From NCBI GenBank assembly GCA_050250895.1, contig JBFWNU010000004.1:353362-417361 (forward strand): a DNA stretch of 64,000 nucleotides, in the 5' to 3' direction. The DNA is from Vulcanimicrobiota bacterium (GTDB taxonomy: Bacteria > Vulcanimicrobiota > Xenobia > Xenobiales > JADMJV01). Position numbers and translations under genes: made by a program. Each line of letters opens with the position of its first letter. Position 1 is the stretch's first letter. The notes beneath the pieces are model-generated. The model was given only the letters and a program-made list of their open reading frames with translations. It was not told the origin of the DNA and made no database searches. This document shows positions 55,168 through 64,000 of the stretch, in pieces.

Positions 55168-56130
55168 GTGGCGATGGCCGACTTCATTGCCCTGGGGACC
55201 GAGAAGTGGGACCGGGCCGCCGCTCGGGCCTATCGACTCGAGCGCTTTCTTTATCGCAACCAGGACCTCGAACTCAGGCTGCTCAGGTCGGGGCGGGGCC
55301 AGCCCTGGGTGAGCAATCCCTACGGCTATGTCGGGGGCCTGGACCGAGCCCGGCCTGAACTCACCCAGGAGCTGCCTCAGGTGTTGGCCAGGCTGCTGCA
55401 GGAAAGCCAAGCCCCCTATGCGCTGTTGCGCACTCTCGAGCCGTTAGGAGGCGAGGTGGCCGAGAAGTTTCAGGTCGACACCCGCTTTCACACCTTCTTT
55501 CTTGACCTCGAGGGTGGCTCTGAGGTGGTCTGGAACACGCGTCTGGCCTCGAAGGTGCGCCGCCAAACGCGCCGCGGCCTCCGTCAGGGGGTAGTGGCCC
55601 GCCTCGGCCAGCTCGACCTTTTCCCAGACTTCTTGCGGGTACTGAGCCAGTGCTGGAGAGACCTGGGTACTCCCTTTCACACCCCCGCGTTCTTCAAAGC
55701 GCTGCTGGCCAACTATGGCCCGGCCGATTCGGCCATCCTGAACCTCTACCAGGGCGAAGAGCCAGTGGCCACCGCCCTGCTGGTCATCGCGGGCGATACG
55801 CTGTTTTTTCCCTACACCGGCACCCTCAAAGAGGCTCAGCGAAACGGAGTCAACAACGTGCTCTACTGGCGCATCATCGAGTTTGGCTGCGCGCGGGGCT
55901 GCCGCTGGTGGGATCTGGGGCGCAGCCGCAAAGACTCGAGCCACGCCATCTATAAGCGACCATGGGGGGTCCAGGAGCGGCCGCTCTACTACAACTATCT
56001 GATGGCCCCGGGCGCCGCCATCCAAAACCTGGAAAGCCGCCTGGTGAAGCTAGCCGTCGAGACCTGGAAGCATTTGCCGGTAGGCCTGCATCGGGCCCTC
56101 GGTCCCCGGCTGATCCGGAGGGTGTTATGA
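55168..56130 (+). CDS. FemAB-family / BioF2-like GNAT-fold acyltransferase
   Basis: 320 aa; architecture and C-terminal segments (ALLVIAGDTLFFPYTG ... NNVLYWRIIEFGCARGCRWWDLGRS) typical of FemAB-like proteins found in polysaccharide loci. Confidence 0.6.
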   Translation: MAMADFIALGTEKWDRAAARAYRLERFLYRNQDLELRLLRSGRGQPWVSNPYGYVGGLDRARPELTQELPQVLARLLQESQAPYALLRTLEPLGGEVAEKFQVDTRFHTFFLDLEGGSEVVWNTRLASKVRRQTRRGLRQGVVARLGQLDLFPDFLRVLSQCWRDLGTPFHTPAFFKALLANYGPADSAILNLYQGEEPVATALLVIAGDTLFFPYTGTLKEAQRNGVNNVLYWRIIEFGCARGCRWWDLGRSRKDSSHAIYKRPWGVQERPLYYNYLMAPGAAIQNLESRLVKLAVETWKHLPVGLHRALGPRLIRRVL

Positions 56131-56717
56131 GCTTCACCCAGGCCGATTCGACCACCGATCGGGCCATCCTCGAGCAGGTAGTCCAACTGCACCTGGCCAC
56201 CCTGGGCGACCTCTTTCTCAGCCAGCTGGGTTCTTATTTCGTCGACCGTTACTACGACGAACTGCGCCACGACGGCGGCTCGCTGCTGGGCCTTTGGATG
56301 GACGGTCCGCAAGTGGTGGGTCTGGCCGCTGGCGGCCTGGCTCCCGGTCAGGTCTTTTCGCGGCTGGGTTGGCGTCGTCTGGAGTTTAGCCTGCAGATGC
56401 TACGTGCGCTGGCCAGAAGGCCTCGCCTGCTCGGCCAATTGCTGGCCTCGCTGGGCGGCGTAGAAGACTTACCCTCGAGCCAGGTCGAACTGACCTATTT
56501 CGCGGTGGCTCCGGCCCGCCAGGGCCAGGGTCTCGGTAAACAGCTGCTCGAGGCTTATGCTCAATGGTGGACCGCGCGAGGCATGACGGGGCTTTCTCTG
56601 AGCGTTGAAGAAGAGAACCAGGGCGCCTTGCGATTCTACTCTCGTCAGGGCTTCCAAAAACTCGGGGCTCAAAAGCACGGAGCCTATCAGCGTTATCTAC
56701 TGAGAAAACCGTTGTGA
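56127..56717 (+). CDS. GNAT-family N-acetyltransferase
   Basis: Frame 55962..56717 trimmed to ATG 56127 (ATGA overlap with upstream stop); acetyl-CoA-binding motif QGQGLGKQLL and RFYSRQGF. Confidence 0.75.
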   Translation: MSFTQADSTTDRAILEQVVQLHLATLGDLFLSQLGSYFVDRYYDELRHDGGSLLGLWMDGPQVVGLAAGGLAPGQVFSRLGWRRLEFSLQMLRALARRPRLLGQLLASLGGVEDLPSSQVELTYFAVAPARQGQGLGKQLLEAYAQWWTARGMTGLSLSVEEENQGALRFYSRQGFQKLGAQKHGAYQRYLLRKPL

Positions 56718-57526
56718 GATTTCACGCCGACGACCTGGGCGCCAGCCCCGCCATCACTCGGGCCGTGCTCGACTGTTACACGGCCGGGGCGATTTCGAGC
56801 TGCAGCGTGCTGATCAATCGCCAACCCTTCGAGCAGCTGGTCGAGGCTTTGCAGCCCCACCCCGGCCTTGGCCTCAGGCTGCACCTCAATCTGAGCGAAG
56901 GCTATGCTCTGACGGAAGCTCCCCGGCTGTGCCGGCCCGACGGCAGCTTTCGTCACTCCTTCCAGAGTCTCGCCCTGGACTATCTCTTCTCGCCTCAAAG
57001 GGCTGAACTCCGGCGCCAGTTGCAGGCTGAACTCGAGGCCCAGTGCCACCGCTACGGCCAGCTGCTGGCAGCCCTGGGCCGCAGCGCCGAAGTGGGCCTC
57101 GACAGTCACGAGCACTTCCACTTTCTGCCCTTTGTCTTTGAAGCCGTGTCCCAACTGGCTGGGCAGTTTGCGGTGGTGTCGCTGCGCCTGCCTCCCAGGA
57201 CCGTCTTCCTCAGTCACTTCACTCCGGCCTCGCCGGTGCCGCTGCTCAAAGCGCTGGTGCTGACCGGTCTCGGCAGGTGGCTGCACTCGCGCTGGCCGTA
57301 TCAGGCACCTCGGTTGCTGGTCACGGGCACCGTCGATCCCTTCCGACTCGATATCGACCAGGCCGGCGAGGTGATTTTTCACCCCGGGCAACTGGCCCCC
57401 GACGAATCGGGACCTCCTCAGCCGCGATTGGCCAGGGCCTATCGGGCCGAGCATCGCAAGCTCGAGCACGAAGCTCTGCTTCGCTTCACAGCTGGTCGCG
57501 CAGCACGTAACGGGGCCGGGCTTTGA
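56714..57526 (+). CDS. YdjC/ChbG/HpnK-family carbohydrate deacetylase
   Basis: 270 aa; N-terminal FHADDLGAS motif typical of the YdjC family; 4-bp overlap with GNAT stop. Confidence 0.7.
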   Translation: MRFHADDLGASPAITRAVLDCYTAGAISSCSVLINRQPFEQLVEALQPHPGLGLRLHLNLSEGYALTEAPRLCRPDGSFRHSFQSLALDYLFSPQRAELRRQLQAELEAQCHRYGQLLAALGRSAEVGLDSHEHFHFLPFVFEAVSQLAGQFAVVSLRLPPRTVFLSHFTPASPVPLLKALVLTGLGRWLHSRWPYQAPRLLVTGTVDPFRLDIDQAGEVIFHPGQLAPDESGPPQPRLARAYRAEHRKLEHEALLRFTAGRAARNGAGL

Positions 57527-58403
57527 CCTCTTCGTGGATCCGGCCCACGTAGAGACCGAGAATGGACAGGCCCAGAAAGTTGAGCCCGCCCGACGAGAGA
57601 ATCAGAAAGTTGATGGTCGATAGACCGTTGACCGCCTGTCCGGTGAACTTGAGATAAAGGGTCCAGCCGCCCACCAGCGAGGCCGGAAAGAGCAGCAGCA
57701 ATCCGGTCACCAGCAACATGGTGAGGGGAATCGACGAGAAAGCCGTGATGTTATTGATGGCATAGCGCATCAGCCCGAAGAACGACCACCGCGAGTCGCG
57801 ACCGGGGATGTCGCGCACCATGAACTGCACCCGAGCCCGGTCGAACCCGAGCCAGTTGGTCACGCCTCGAAAAAACATATTGCGCTCGGGTAGCCTCAAC
57901 CAGGCATCGCGGGCTCGGGCGCTGAGCAGCTTGAAGTCGGTCTGCCCCTCGAGATCGGTGCCACACATCAGGTTGAACACCTTGTAGAAGAGCCTGGCTC
58001 GGGTGCGGCTGAAGTAGCCCTCGTTAGGAGAGCGCATCTTGATGCCCTCGACGAGATCGCAGGCTTGCTCTTGCCAGGTCCTGACCATCTCGGGAATGAG
58101 CTCGGGGGGATGCTGCAAATCGCCGTCGATCGTCACGAAGGCCTCGCCTTCGGCGAACTCGAGGCCGGCACACAAAGCCGCCTCCTTGCCAAAGTTGCGA
58201 CTCAGTCGCAAGGCCCGCAAAGGGTATTTCTCTTGGAGCTCGGTTAGAGCCGCCCAGGTCCCATCGGTTGATCCGTCATCCACCACCAGACACTGGTAAT
58301 CGAGGTCTTTGAGGTGGATGTCGAGCTGCTCGAGCAGGGCCGGCAGCCCACTGGCCTCGTTATAGATCGGGACAATCACGCACAGAGTCGGCACAGAGCT
58401 CAT
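57486..58403 (-). CDS. GT2-family polyprenyl-phosphate glycosyltransferase (ArnC/DPM1-like)
   Basis: 305 aa; CVIVPIYNE, VVDDGSTDGT, DGDLQHPPE motifs, two C-terminal TM helices. Confidence 0.9.
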   Translation of the reverse strand: MSSVPTLCVIVPIYNEASGLPALLEQLDIHLKDLDYQCLVVDDGSTDGTWAALTELQEKYPLRALRLSRNFGKEAALCAGLEFAEGEAFVTIDGDLQHPPELIPEMVRTWQEQACDLVEGIKMRSPNEGYFSRTRARLFYKVFNLMCGTDLEGQTDFKLLSARARDAWLRLPERNMFFRGVTNWLGFDRARVQFMVRDIPGRDSRWSFFGLMRYAINNITAFSSIPLTMLLVTGLLLLFPASLVGGWTLYLKFTGQAVNGLSTINFLILSSGGLNFLGLSILGLYVGRIHEEVKARPRYVLRDQL

Positions 58404-58493
58404 CGTTCAAGGTTCGAATTCGCCCACATAGCCCCTGCGCTCGAGCGCTGCTTTGTCGGCAGGAACTGCTTGCAGCGACAGGAACCGGTTGCG

Positions 58494-60191
58494 ATGACCA
58501 GGGTTCGACCGCTACCGGTGATTCTTTGCGCCTTCATGCTGGTCACGTTCCCTCTGCGTCTGCGCGAACACGATACCTTTCAAGTCGAGTTCGATCAGGC
58601 CAACATCCAGCAATATCTGTGGCTGATGGCCCACGGCCAACGACCCTATGGCACGCTGGCCGAGAGTCACGCCTTCGGCGATCACTTCGACCCCGTCCTC
58701 TATCTCTTCTGCCTGCCCTTCCGCTGGCTCCCCAGCTTCGAACTCTATCTGCTGATGCACCTGGGCCTCATGCTGGTCGGTGGAGTGGCCGTCTTTCGTC
58801 TGGCCCATCGCAAGCTCGAGTCAGAATGGCTGGCGGCCGCCTGCACCATGGCCTACATGTTCAATCCCCTTACGTTGGGCGTGAGCCTCTATCCCCTACC
58901 CCATGTGGCCGTCGGGCTGGCAGCCTTCCTGTGGGCTCTGGCCCTGGACTGCGACCCTCGTGCCCTGGCGGTAGGCCTGCTGGTGGCGGCGGCCAGTGTC
59001 GAAATGGCTCTACTTCCATTCCTGGGTCTGGCCCTTTACCTCCTCAGCCAGAAAGAGTACAAGAAAGGACTGGTGTTGGCCGCGGCCAGCCTGTTCTTGA
59101 TGGTCCTGCTCACCCAGGTGGTCACCCCCACCTTCGGGGCCGTCGGGCAGCACGCCGGGCTGGACCGCCAATTCGGTCGCTTCGACTATCTCAAGCAAGA
59201 TGTGGCCGGGCTGCCGGGCCGGCTGGCCACTCATGCCGCCGCCTTTTGGAGCCTGGATCGAACCTTGCTGGCCCAGATGTTCTTGGCCACGGCCGGGCTT
59301 TTCGTGTTGGCCCTGCCGGCCTGCCTGGCCTTCTTGCCAGGGCTGATCATCAATCTGGCTGCCGACTTCTGGGGGATGCACAGCGTCTTTTTGCACTATC
59401 AGGCCATCGTGGTAGGCGGGCTCTACTTCGCGGCCATCTGCGGCCTCGAGCGTTTGGGCGACCAGCACCGGTCCAGGGCGGCGGTGTTCCTGCTGGTAGG
59501 CACAGCCGGGTCGCTTTTGTTGGGCAACCCGCTGGCCGGCCGGGTCGGGCAATCACCAGAACGCGTCGCTCAACTCAGCACGGCCCTGGACCGGCTGCCT
59601 CCCCAGGCCTCGGTCCTGGCGCCGGCCTCCACCGTCTCGCACCTGGCCTTTCGCCCCCAGGTCTACAGCCTGCCCTCGCTGACCGAGACGCCATCCTGGC
59701 AGAGTTCGGCCGCCCACCAGGCACAGGTCGACTGGATCCTGCTCGATCTCGACGGGCTGGGCTTTCCCTGGCGCAAAGACATGCTCAACCTCAAGGCCCA
59801 ACAGATTTTGCAAGACCCCGACTACGGTTTTCACTCAGCCATCGGGCGCCTGGTCCTGCTCGAACGGGGCAACACCACCCCTTTACCCGAAGGCCTGGTC
59901 AAGGTGATCCCGACCTATTCGAGTCTGGAACTGGTGAACGCTTACCTGGCAGGGGGCTTCCCCGAACAGGCTCAGGCCGAACTCGACCGCCTGCTGGGCC
60001 AGGCCGAGTCGCCGGTCTTGTGCTACTGGCAGGGGCGCATCTTCCAGCAGCAGCGGGCGGTCGAGAAATCGAACCAGTGGTTCGAACGGGCCCTCGAACA
60101 GGGTCCTTCCGACGACCTGCGCCAGGAGTTGCTGGCCCAGCTCGAGACCAACCGGCGGGGCTACGTTCCCCAGATCGCGCCGCGATACTAA
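58494..60191 (+). CDS. Polytopic membrane protein (DUF2079-like, possible GT-C-type glycosyltransferase)
   Basis: Frame 58314..60191 trimmed to ATG 58494 (MTRVRPLPVILCAFMLVTF); many hydrophobic helices then soluble C-terminal domain; preferred over the overlapping 58526..60835 frame, which is Arg/Pro/Gly-rich low-complexity. Confidence 0.6.
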   Translation: MTRVRPLPVILCAFMLVTFPLRLREHDTFQVEFDQANIQQYLWLMAHGQRPYGTLAESHAFGDHFDPVLYLFCLPFRWLPSFELYLLMHLGLMLVGGVAVFRLAHRKLESEWLAAACTMAYMFNPLTLGVSLYPLPHVAVGLAAFLWALALDCDPRALAVGLLVAAASVEMALLPFLGLALYLLSQKEYKKGLVLAAASLFLMVLLTQVVTPTFGAVGQHAGLDRQFGRFDYLKQDVAGLPGRLATHAAAFWSLDRTLLAQMFLATAGLFVLALPACLAFLPGLIINLAADFWGMHSVFLHYQAIVVGGLYFAAICGLERLGDQHRSRAAVFLLVGTAGSLLLGNPLAGRVGQSPERVAQLSTALDRLPPQASVLAPASTVSHLAFRPQVYSLPSLTETPSWQSSAAHQAQVDWILLDLDGLGFPWRKDMLNLKAQQILQDPDYGFHSAIGRLVLLERGNTTPLPEGLVKVIPTYSSLELVNAYLAGGFPEQAQAELDRLLGQAESPVLCYWQGRIFQQQRAVEKSNQWFERALEQGPSDDLRQELLAQLETNRRGYVPQIAPRY

Positions 60192-61807
60192 CGGGCGGGA
60201 AAGCGATAGACCTGGTAGACCCAGATCTGGGCAATCTTGTCGGCCCCGGCGGTCAGGCGCTCGAGGAGTCTGGCTTCTTCCTTCTGATACAGGTCGGGGT
60301 CCATGCTGGGGTATTCGGCCCGAATGCTCGAAGCGGTCGAGAGAAAGAGCACTCCACAGCGGTCGGCCGCTCGGATCTGTCGCTCAGCTTTTTCGAAGGC
60401 CTCTTCCGGATAATAGAGGGGAACCAGGCTCTCGAAATCGGTGGGGTTGTGGGCTCCCACCAACCAGACCAGCTGGGGAAGCTCGGGAAAGGCGAAGAGG
60501 TTCTGGCCGGCAAACTGCTGGGTCAAAACGTTGCTCAACTGCTGGGTGGCCGCGGCCACTTGAGGATCGTTGGCATACAGGGTGCCGCGCGGAAAGCGAA
60601 TAGGATAGCGGTATGGGCCCCAGCCGATGACATTGTCGAGGCCGTGCGTCAAGAACACGGTCACCACACACGCGGCCACTGTCCTGGCCAGGCGGGGATA
60701 GGCCGATTGAAGCCAATAGAGCAGGTAGGCCAGCGCGGGATACCAGGCCACCGTCAAAAAATTAAAGTGGTAACGAGTGGCCCGGGCCATGGCAAAATAG
60801 GTCGAGACCCACAACAGGAGCAGCAACCCCAGTAGCAAGCTCCGGCCGGCATCGTCGAGAGCCTGGGAGTGACGCAGCCTGGTCGCGTAGACCACGGTGA
60901 GCACGATCAGGACCGGGAAAAAGCCGGTATACTTCACTAGATCCACTCCGGCAAAGGCGGCGGCCCGCACGAACCAGACCAGCCAGCTAACGATGGACGG
61001 ATTGCCGAACTGGGAGAGCCCCGAAGAAAGCGTCTGGAAATGTCCGAGGGCCAGCCCCCAGTCGAACGGATAGCCCTGGACGGCTTTGTATTCGAGCACG
61101 TTGAACAGGATCGCCTGAGACCAGAAGTCGCCAAAGACGCCCCGCCAGAGCATCCAGCCGACAAAGAGGGCTCCCGGGATAGCCGCGCCGGCCACCAGAT
61201 AGGCCAAACGCTCGAGCCGCGCCTCCTGGCTGACCACCACCATGAGCGCCAGGGCCAGGCAGACAGCCACTCCCCGCGGTTGCAGATAGAGCACGGTCAG
61301 CCCGGCGAGAAGACCTGCCCCCAGTTGGTGGCGGGGCTGGCTGGCGTAAGCCGAACAGAGGAGGGCGAGCAGAGCGGGGATCGAGGCATCCCAGTGATAG
61401 ACAGCCATGGGGAACATCTGGCCCCCCACACAGGCGAACATCAGCGGCGGGATGGCCGACCAGAGCCGAGGCATGAGGCAGCGACTGACCAGCCAGACGG
61501 CCACGCAAAGCAGGCACAGCGACAGCATGAAGTAGAGCCGGGCCACCCAGATCTGCTCGCCCAGGGCGAGAAAGAAGATTTTCAGACCGAACGGCGTCCC
61601 CGGCATGAAGCGCATGAAGAAGTCGCGATAGGGAAGTTGCCCCTGGTTGAGGCGCGAGGCCCACTCGAGCATGTTACCCTCGTCTTGCAGCACCAGGTAG
61701 GCCGAACGAGAGGGCCAGATGGCCGCCAGTTGCAGCCAGAAGACGAGGGCCGAGCCCTTGACCAATTCGGAGGCCGACGGCGTCTGGTAGGAGCGCGATT
61801 CGGTCAT
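60188..61807 (-). CDS. GT-C-fold membrane glycosyltransferase-like protein (ArnT/PMT-like)
   Basis: 539 aa; polytopic; first predicted loop carries QDEGNMLEWASRL, resembling the DE..Y.E loop motif of ArnT/PMT enzymes; 4-bp overlap with DUF2079-like gene end. Confidence 0.55.
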   Translation of the reverse strand: MTESRSYQTPSASELVKGSALVFWLQLAAIWPSRSAYLVLQDEGNMLEWASRLNQGQLPYRDFFMRFMPGTPFGLKIFFLALGEQIWVARLYFMLSLCLLCVAVWLVSRCLMPRLWSAIPPLMFACVGGQMFPMAVYHWDASIPALLALLCSAYASQPRHQLGAGLLAGLTVLYLQPRGVAVCLALALMVVVSQEARLERLAYLVAGAAIPGALFVGWMLWRGVFGDFWSQAILFNVLEYKAVQGYPFDWGLALGHFQTLSSGLSQFGNPSIVSWLVWFVRAAAFAGVDLVKYTGFFPVLIVLTVVYATRLRHSQALDDAGRSLLLGLLLLLWVSTYFAMARATRYHFNFLTVAWYPALAYLLYWLQSAYPRLARTVAACVVTVFLTHGLDNVIGWGPYRYPIRFPRGTLYANDPQVAAATQQLSNVLTQQFAGQNLFAFPELPQLVWLVGAHNPTDFESLVPLYYPEEAFEKAERQIRAADRCGVLFLSTASSIRAEYPSMDPDLYQKEEARLLERLTAGADKIAQIWVYQVYRFPAR

Positions 61808-61810
61808 GGA

Positions 61811-63469
61811 CTAGCGCGCCCCTGACGGGGGAGGAACGGGCCGCGTCCAGAGAGGAATCTCGGTCTCCTTGATGATCTCGATGGTGGGATAGGTGAAGTA
61901 CTCGACATCGACGGCCGTCAGGCTCACCAGCGGCTCCTGGCCCTGGTACGAGCCTTCGGGACGACGCACGAAGAAGTGATTGGGCGCCTGCAACCAGTTG
62001 AGCACTCGCAGCGGCCAGGAACGCTTGTAGCTGTAGCGATTATGGGTGTAGTAGACCAGAAACTCGGTAAAGCGACGGCTGGTCTCTTCGGAATAGCGGT
62101 CCTCGCCAAAGGCGGCCTTCACCTTGGGGAGCTGGGCGGGTTCGACCTGGTTGAGAAACCGGGCCACCACCGGCGAGTGGGTGGCTCCGTAGGTCTCGAC
62201 CAGCCTCGGTTCGGAGCGAAGAAAGAAAAAACGGCTCTGGACCATCTCGAGTTCGTAGAGAGAAAAGTCGGAGGGAGCCAGCTCATAGGTCTGACCACTG
62301 GCGCCGGTGCCGACGAGCCGAAATCGATTGACGAAGGGCGTGTCGTACCAGAAGAAGCTGGTGGGCAGCAAGAAGAAGATGCCCAGGCAGTACATCGCCA
62401 ACCACAGACCGCGGTGATAGCGGTTGAAGATGGGCCTCAGAAAGCGACCGCGGCCTCGCCAGAGAACGAAGATCAGGACCAGATCGAGCAACATCCAGGT
62501 CCAGAAGAAGATCCCGCTGGTCACCAGGATCAGCGCGTGCAGCCCGATGACGCCGACCAGGCCCAGTTGAGCGCTGCGACGTCCCCAGATCAGCAGGATA
62601 CCGCCCAACTCGAGCAGCAAGGCGCCGACCTGCATAGGCACGGCGAAGACCGACATCGACCGGGCTACGCTCTCGATCTCGGCCTGGTTCATCCAGGTGT
62701 GCATGCGGTAGATCCAGCCGGCCGGGAGCAGGTGGCTCATATCGTTGCCCAGCACCCAACGCAGGCCGCCCGCATAGAAGATCTTGCCGACTCCGGCGTT
62801 GAAATAGAAAAATCCCGTCAGGGCGATGGCCAAAAAGACGAAAAAGCGCCGGTTGAGCTTGAGGCAGTATTGCACCGGCAGATAGGCTGCGAACAGGATC
62901 ATCATATCCCAGGGCAGGCGCTTGTCGAGCAAAAACCAGAAGTAGCCAAAGACCGGAAAGCGAAACTGCAGACTGATGGTGGTGATGGTGGCGATAAAGG
63001 GATAGATGAACAGCGGGTGCCTCCACAGGGCCAGCCAGAGCACGATGAGGCAGAGGCGGTCGCCCAGGTGCTCTTGCCCGAAGAAATAGTTCATCTGATA
63101 GGCGCTAAAGATCCAGGTCAGAATGGCGGTGGTGGCCAGAACGATGATGCGAGCGTTGCCGCTGGGGTCGATAGCCTCCCAGCTCAGCTCGTCTTTGACG
63201 TGATACGAAATGATGACGAACAGGCCGGCCAGAGCCAGCACCAGGGGCCTTTTGAGTTGCTCCCACATGAGAAAGGGAGCGCGAAAAACCGCCTCATCAA
63301 GACCCAGTACGCTCTGGGACATGATCCAGACGAGATTGAATAGAAGGATGACCGCCACCATCGCGAGCAGGCCTTTGGAGCGGAGAAAACGGCTCACGGC
63401 CCTTCGATTCCGTGTCGCCAGGGGAAGAACCTCTCCTGGAACTCTGGCCACCACGAGCTGGTTATGCAT
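61811..63469 (-). CDS. Polytopic integral membrane protein with C-terminal soluble domain, unknown function
   Basis: 552 aa; hydrophobic N-terminal two-thirds; same general architecture as the 26513..27973 protein. Confidence 0.55.
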   Translation of the reverse strand: MHNQLVVARVPGEVLPLATRNRRAVSRFLRSKGLLAMVAVILLFNLVWIMSQSVLGLDEAVFRAPFLMWEQLKRPLVLALAGLFVIISYHVKDELSWEAIDPSGNARIIVLATTAILTWIFSAYQMNYFFGQEHLGDRLCLIVLWLALWRHPLFIYPFIATITTISLQFRFPVFGYFWFLLDKRLPWDMMILFAAYLPVQYCLKLNRRFFVFLAIALTGFFYFNAGVGKIFYAGGLRWVLGNDMSHLLPAGWIYRMHTWMNQAEIESVARSMSVFAVPMQVGALLLELGGILLIWGRRSAQLGLVGVIGLHALILVTSGIFFWTWMLLDLVLIFVLWRGRGRFLRPIFNRYHRGLWLAMYCLGIFFLLPTSFFWYDTPFVNRFRLVGTGASGQTYELAPSDFSLYELEMVQSRFFFLRSEPRLVETYGATHSPVVARFLNQVEPAQLPKVKAAFGEDRYSEETSRRFTEFLVYYTHNRYSYKRSWPLRVLNWLQAPNHFFVRRPEGSYQGQEPLVSLTAVDVEYFTYPTIEIIKETEIPLWTRPVPPPSGAR

Positions 63470-63922
63470 CAGGTGAGACTTTTGCTGAGCACGATCCTGG
63501 TGGCCCTGGTGGCGTGGTGGCTATGGCCCGTCCCCGAGCCCGATTGGGCTCACCTGAGCGACCAGCAGTGGCAGCAACGCTTGAGCGCCGAACAATACCA
63601 CATCCTTCGCGAGGGTGGCACCGAACCGCCCGGCACCGGCCTCTATGCCAAGCCGGGCCAGCCAGGCACGTTTCGCTGTGCCGGCTGCGGCCAGCCCCTG
63701 TTTGCCAGCCAGAAGCAGTACGACTCGGGCACCGGCTGGCCCAGCTTTACCCAGCCCCTCGAGGGGGCTGTCGACCACCACCAGGACAATACTTTCATGT
63801 TCGCCCAGGTCGAAGTGCGCTGCGGCCGCTGCCTGGGTCATCTGGGACACGTCTTTCCCGACGGTCCTAAGCCGACCGGAACGCGCTACTGCATCAATTC
63901 GCTGGCCCTCGAGCTAGAATAG
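63464..63922 (+). CDS. msrB: Peptide-methionine (R)-S-oxide reductase MsrB with N-terminal hydrophobic extension
   Basis: SelR signatures: CxxC pairs (CAGCGQPLF and RCGRCLGHLGHVF), GWPSF, RYCINS; N-terminal LLLSTILVALVAWWLW hydrophobic segment. Confidence 0.9.
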   Translation: MHQVRLLLSTILVALVAWWLWPVPEPDWAHLSDQQWQQRLSAEQYHILREGGTEPPGTGLYAKPGQPGTFRCAGCGQPLFASQKQYDSGTGWPSFTQPLEGAVDHHQDNTFMFAQVEVRCGRCLGHLGHVFPDGPKPTGTRYCINSLALELE

Positions 63923-64000
63923 GCACCGAAGGCCAGCACGGCGTTGAGCCCGCCGAAGGCGAAAGAATTGGAAATCGCTTTCTGGACGGGGGCTTCGAGA

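Noticed and set aside
58526-60835. 769-aa plus-strand ORF overlapping the DUF2079-like gene and antisense to the GT-C-like gene
   Set aside because: Translation is extremely Arg/Pro/Gly-rich low complexity with no hydrophobic helices or motifs; the overlapping frames encode coherent membrane proteins.
1-64000. rRNA, tRNA, CRISPR arrays, insertion sequences, integrases
   Set aside because: No long non-coding gaps, no spaced direct-repeat arrays and no transposase or integrase-like translations were recognised by eye; tRNAscan-SE, Infernal and ISfinder-type searches would be needed to exclude them formally.

Overview
GC-rich bacterial chromosomal segment; the lineage cannot be assigned from sequence alone. 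I recognised no rRNA, tRNA, CRISPR array, transposase or integrase by eye. About 54 protein-coding genes are supported; most alternative-frame ORFs in the track are GC-driven artefacts. Calls are by motif reading; some starts are uncertain and coordinates read off the printed sequence may be off by one in places. Layout: (1) ~1-13.3 kb is a Wzx/Wzy-type polysaccharide locus (phosphoglycosyl transferase tail, Wza-like exporter, Wzy, WecB/TagA-type GT, two GT4, GH10-family hydrolase, Wzz-like co-polymerase, sulfotransferase, Wzx, GT1). (2) It runs directly into a lipid module at ~13.4-24.7 kb: HHxxxDG acyltransferase, SDR, a 2236-aa type I PKS (KS / Cys-less KS-like / AT / ACP / KR / DH), a stand-alone thioester reductase and an LpxO-like hydroxylase. 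Together these are my main candidate for an undescribed system: a sulfated glycolipid or lipid-modified polysaccharide pathway. (3) ~24.7-48.7 kb holds methyltransferases, a GH1 glycosidase, a Gln-rich coiled-coil protein, a multi-receiver GGDEF regulator, an ECF sigma/anti-sigma pair, two-component systems and mutS2. (4) At 49.1-52.1 kb a cytoplasmic parallel beta-helix repeat protein is translationally coupled to a P-loop ATPase, my second candidate for an uncharacterised (possibly defence-like) two-gene system. (5) ~52.2-63.9 kb carries a large pseudopilin-like beta-helical surface protein, a second lipid-carrier glycosylation module (FemAB-like, GNAT, YdjC deacetylase, GT2, DUF2079-like, GT-C-like) and msrB.
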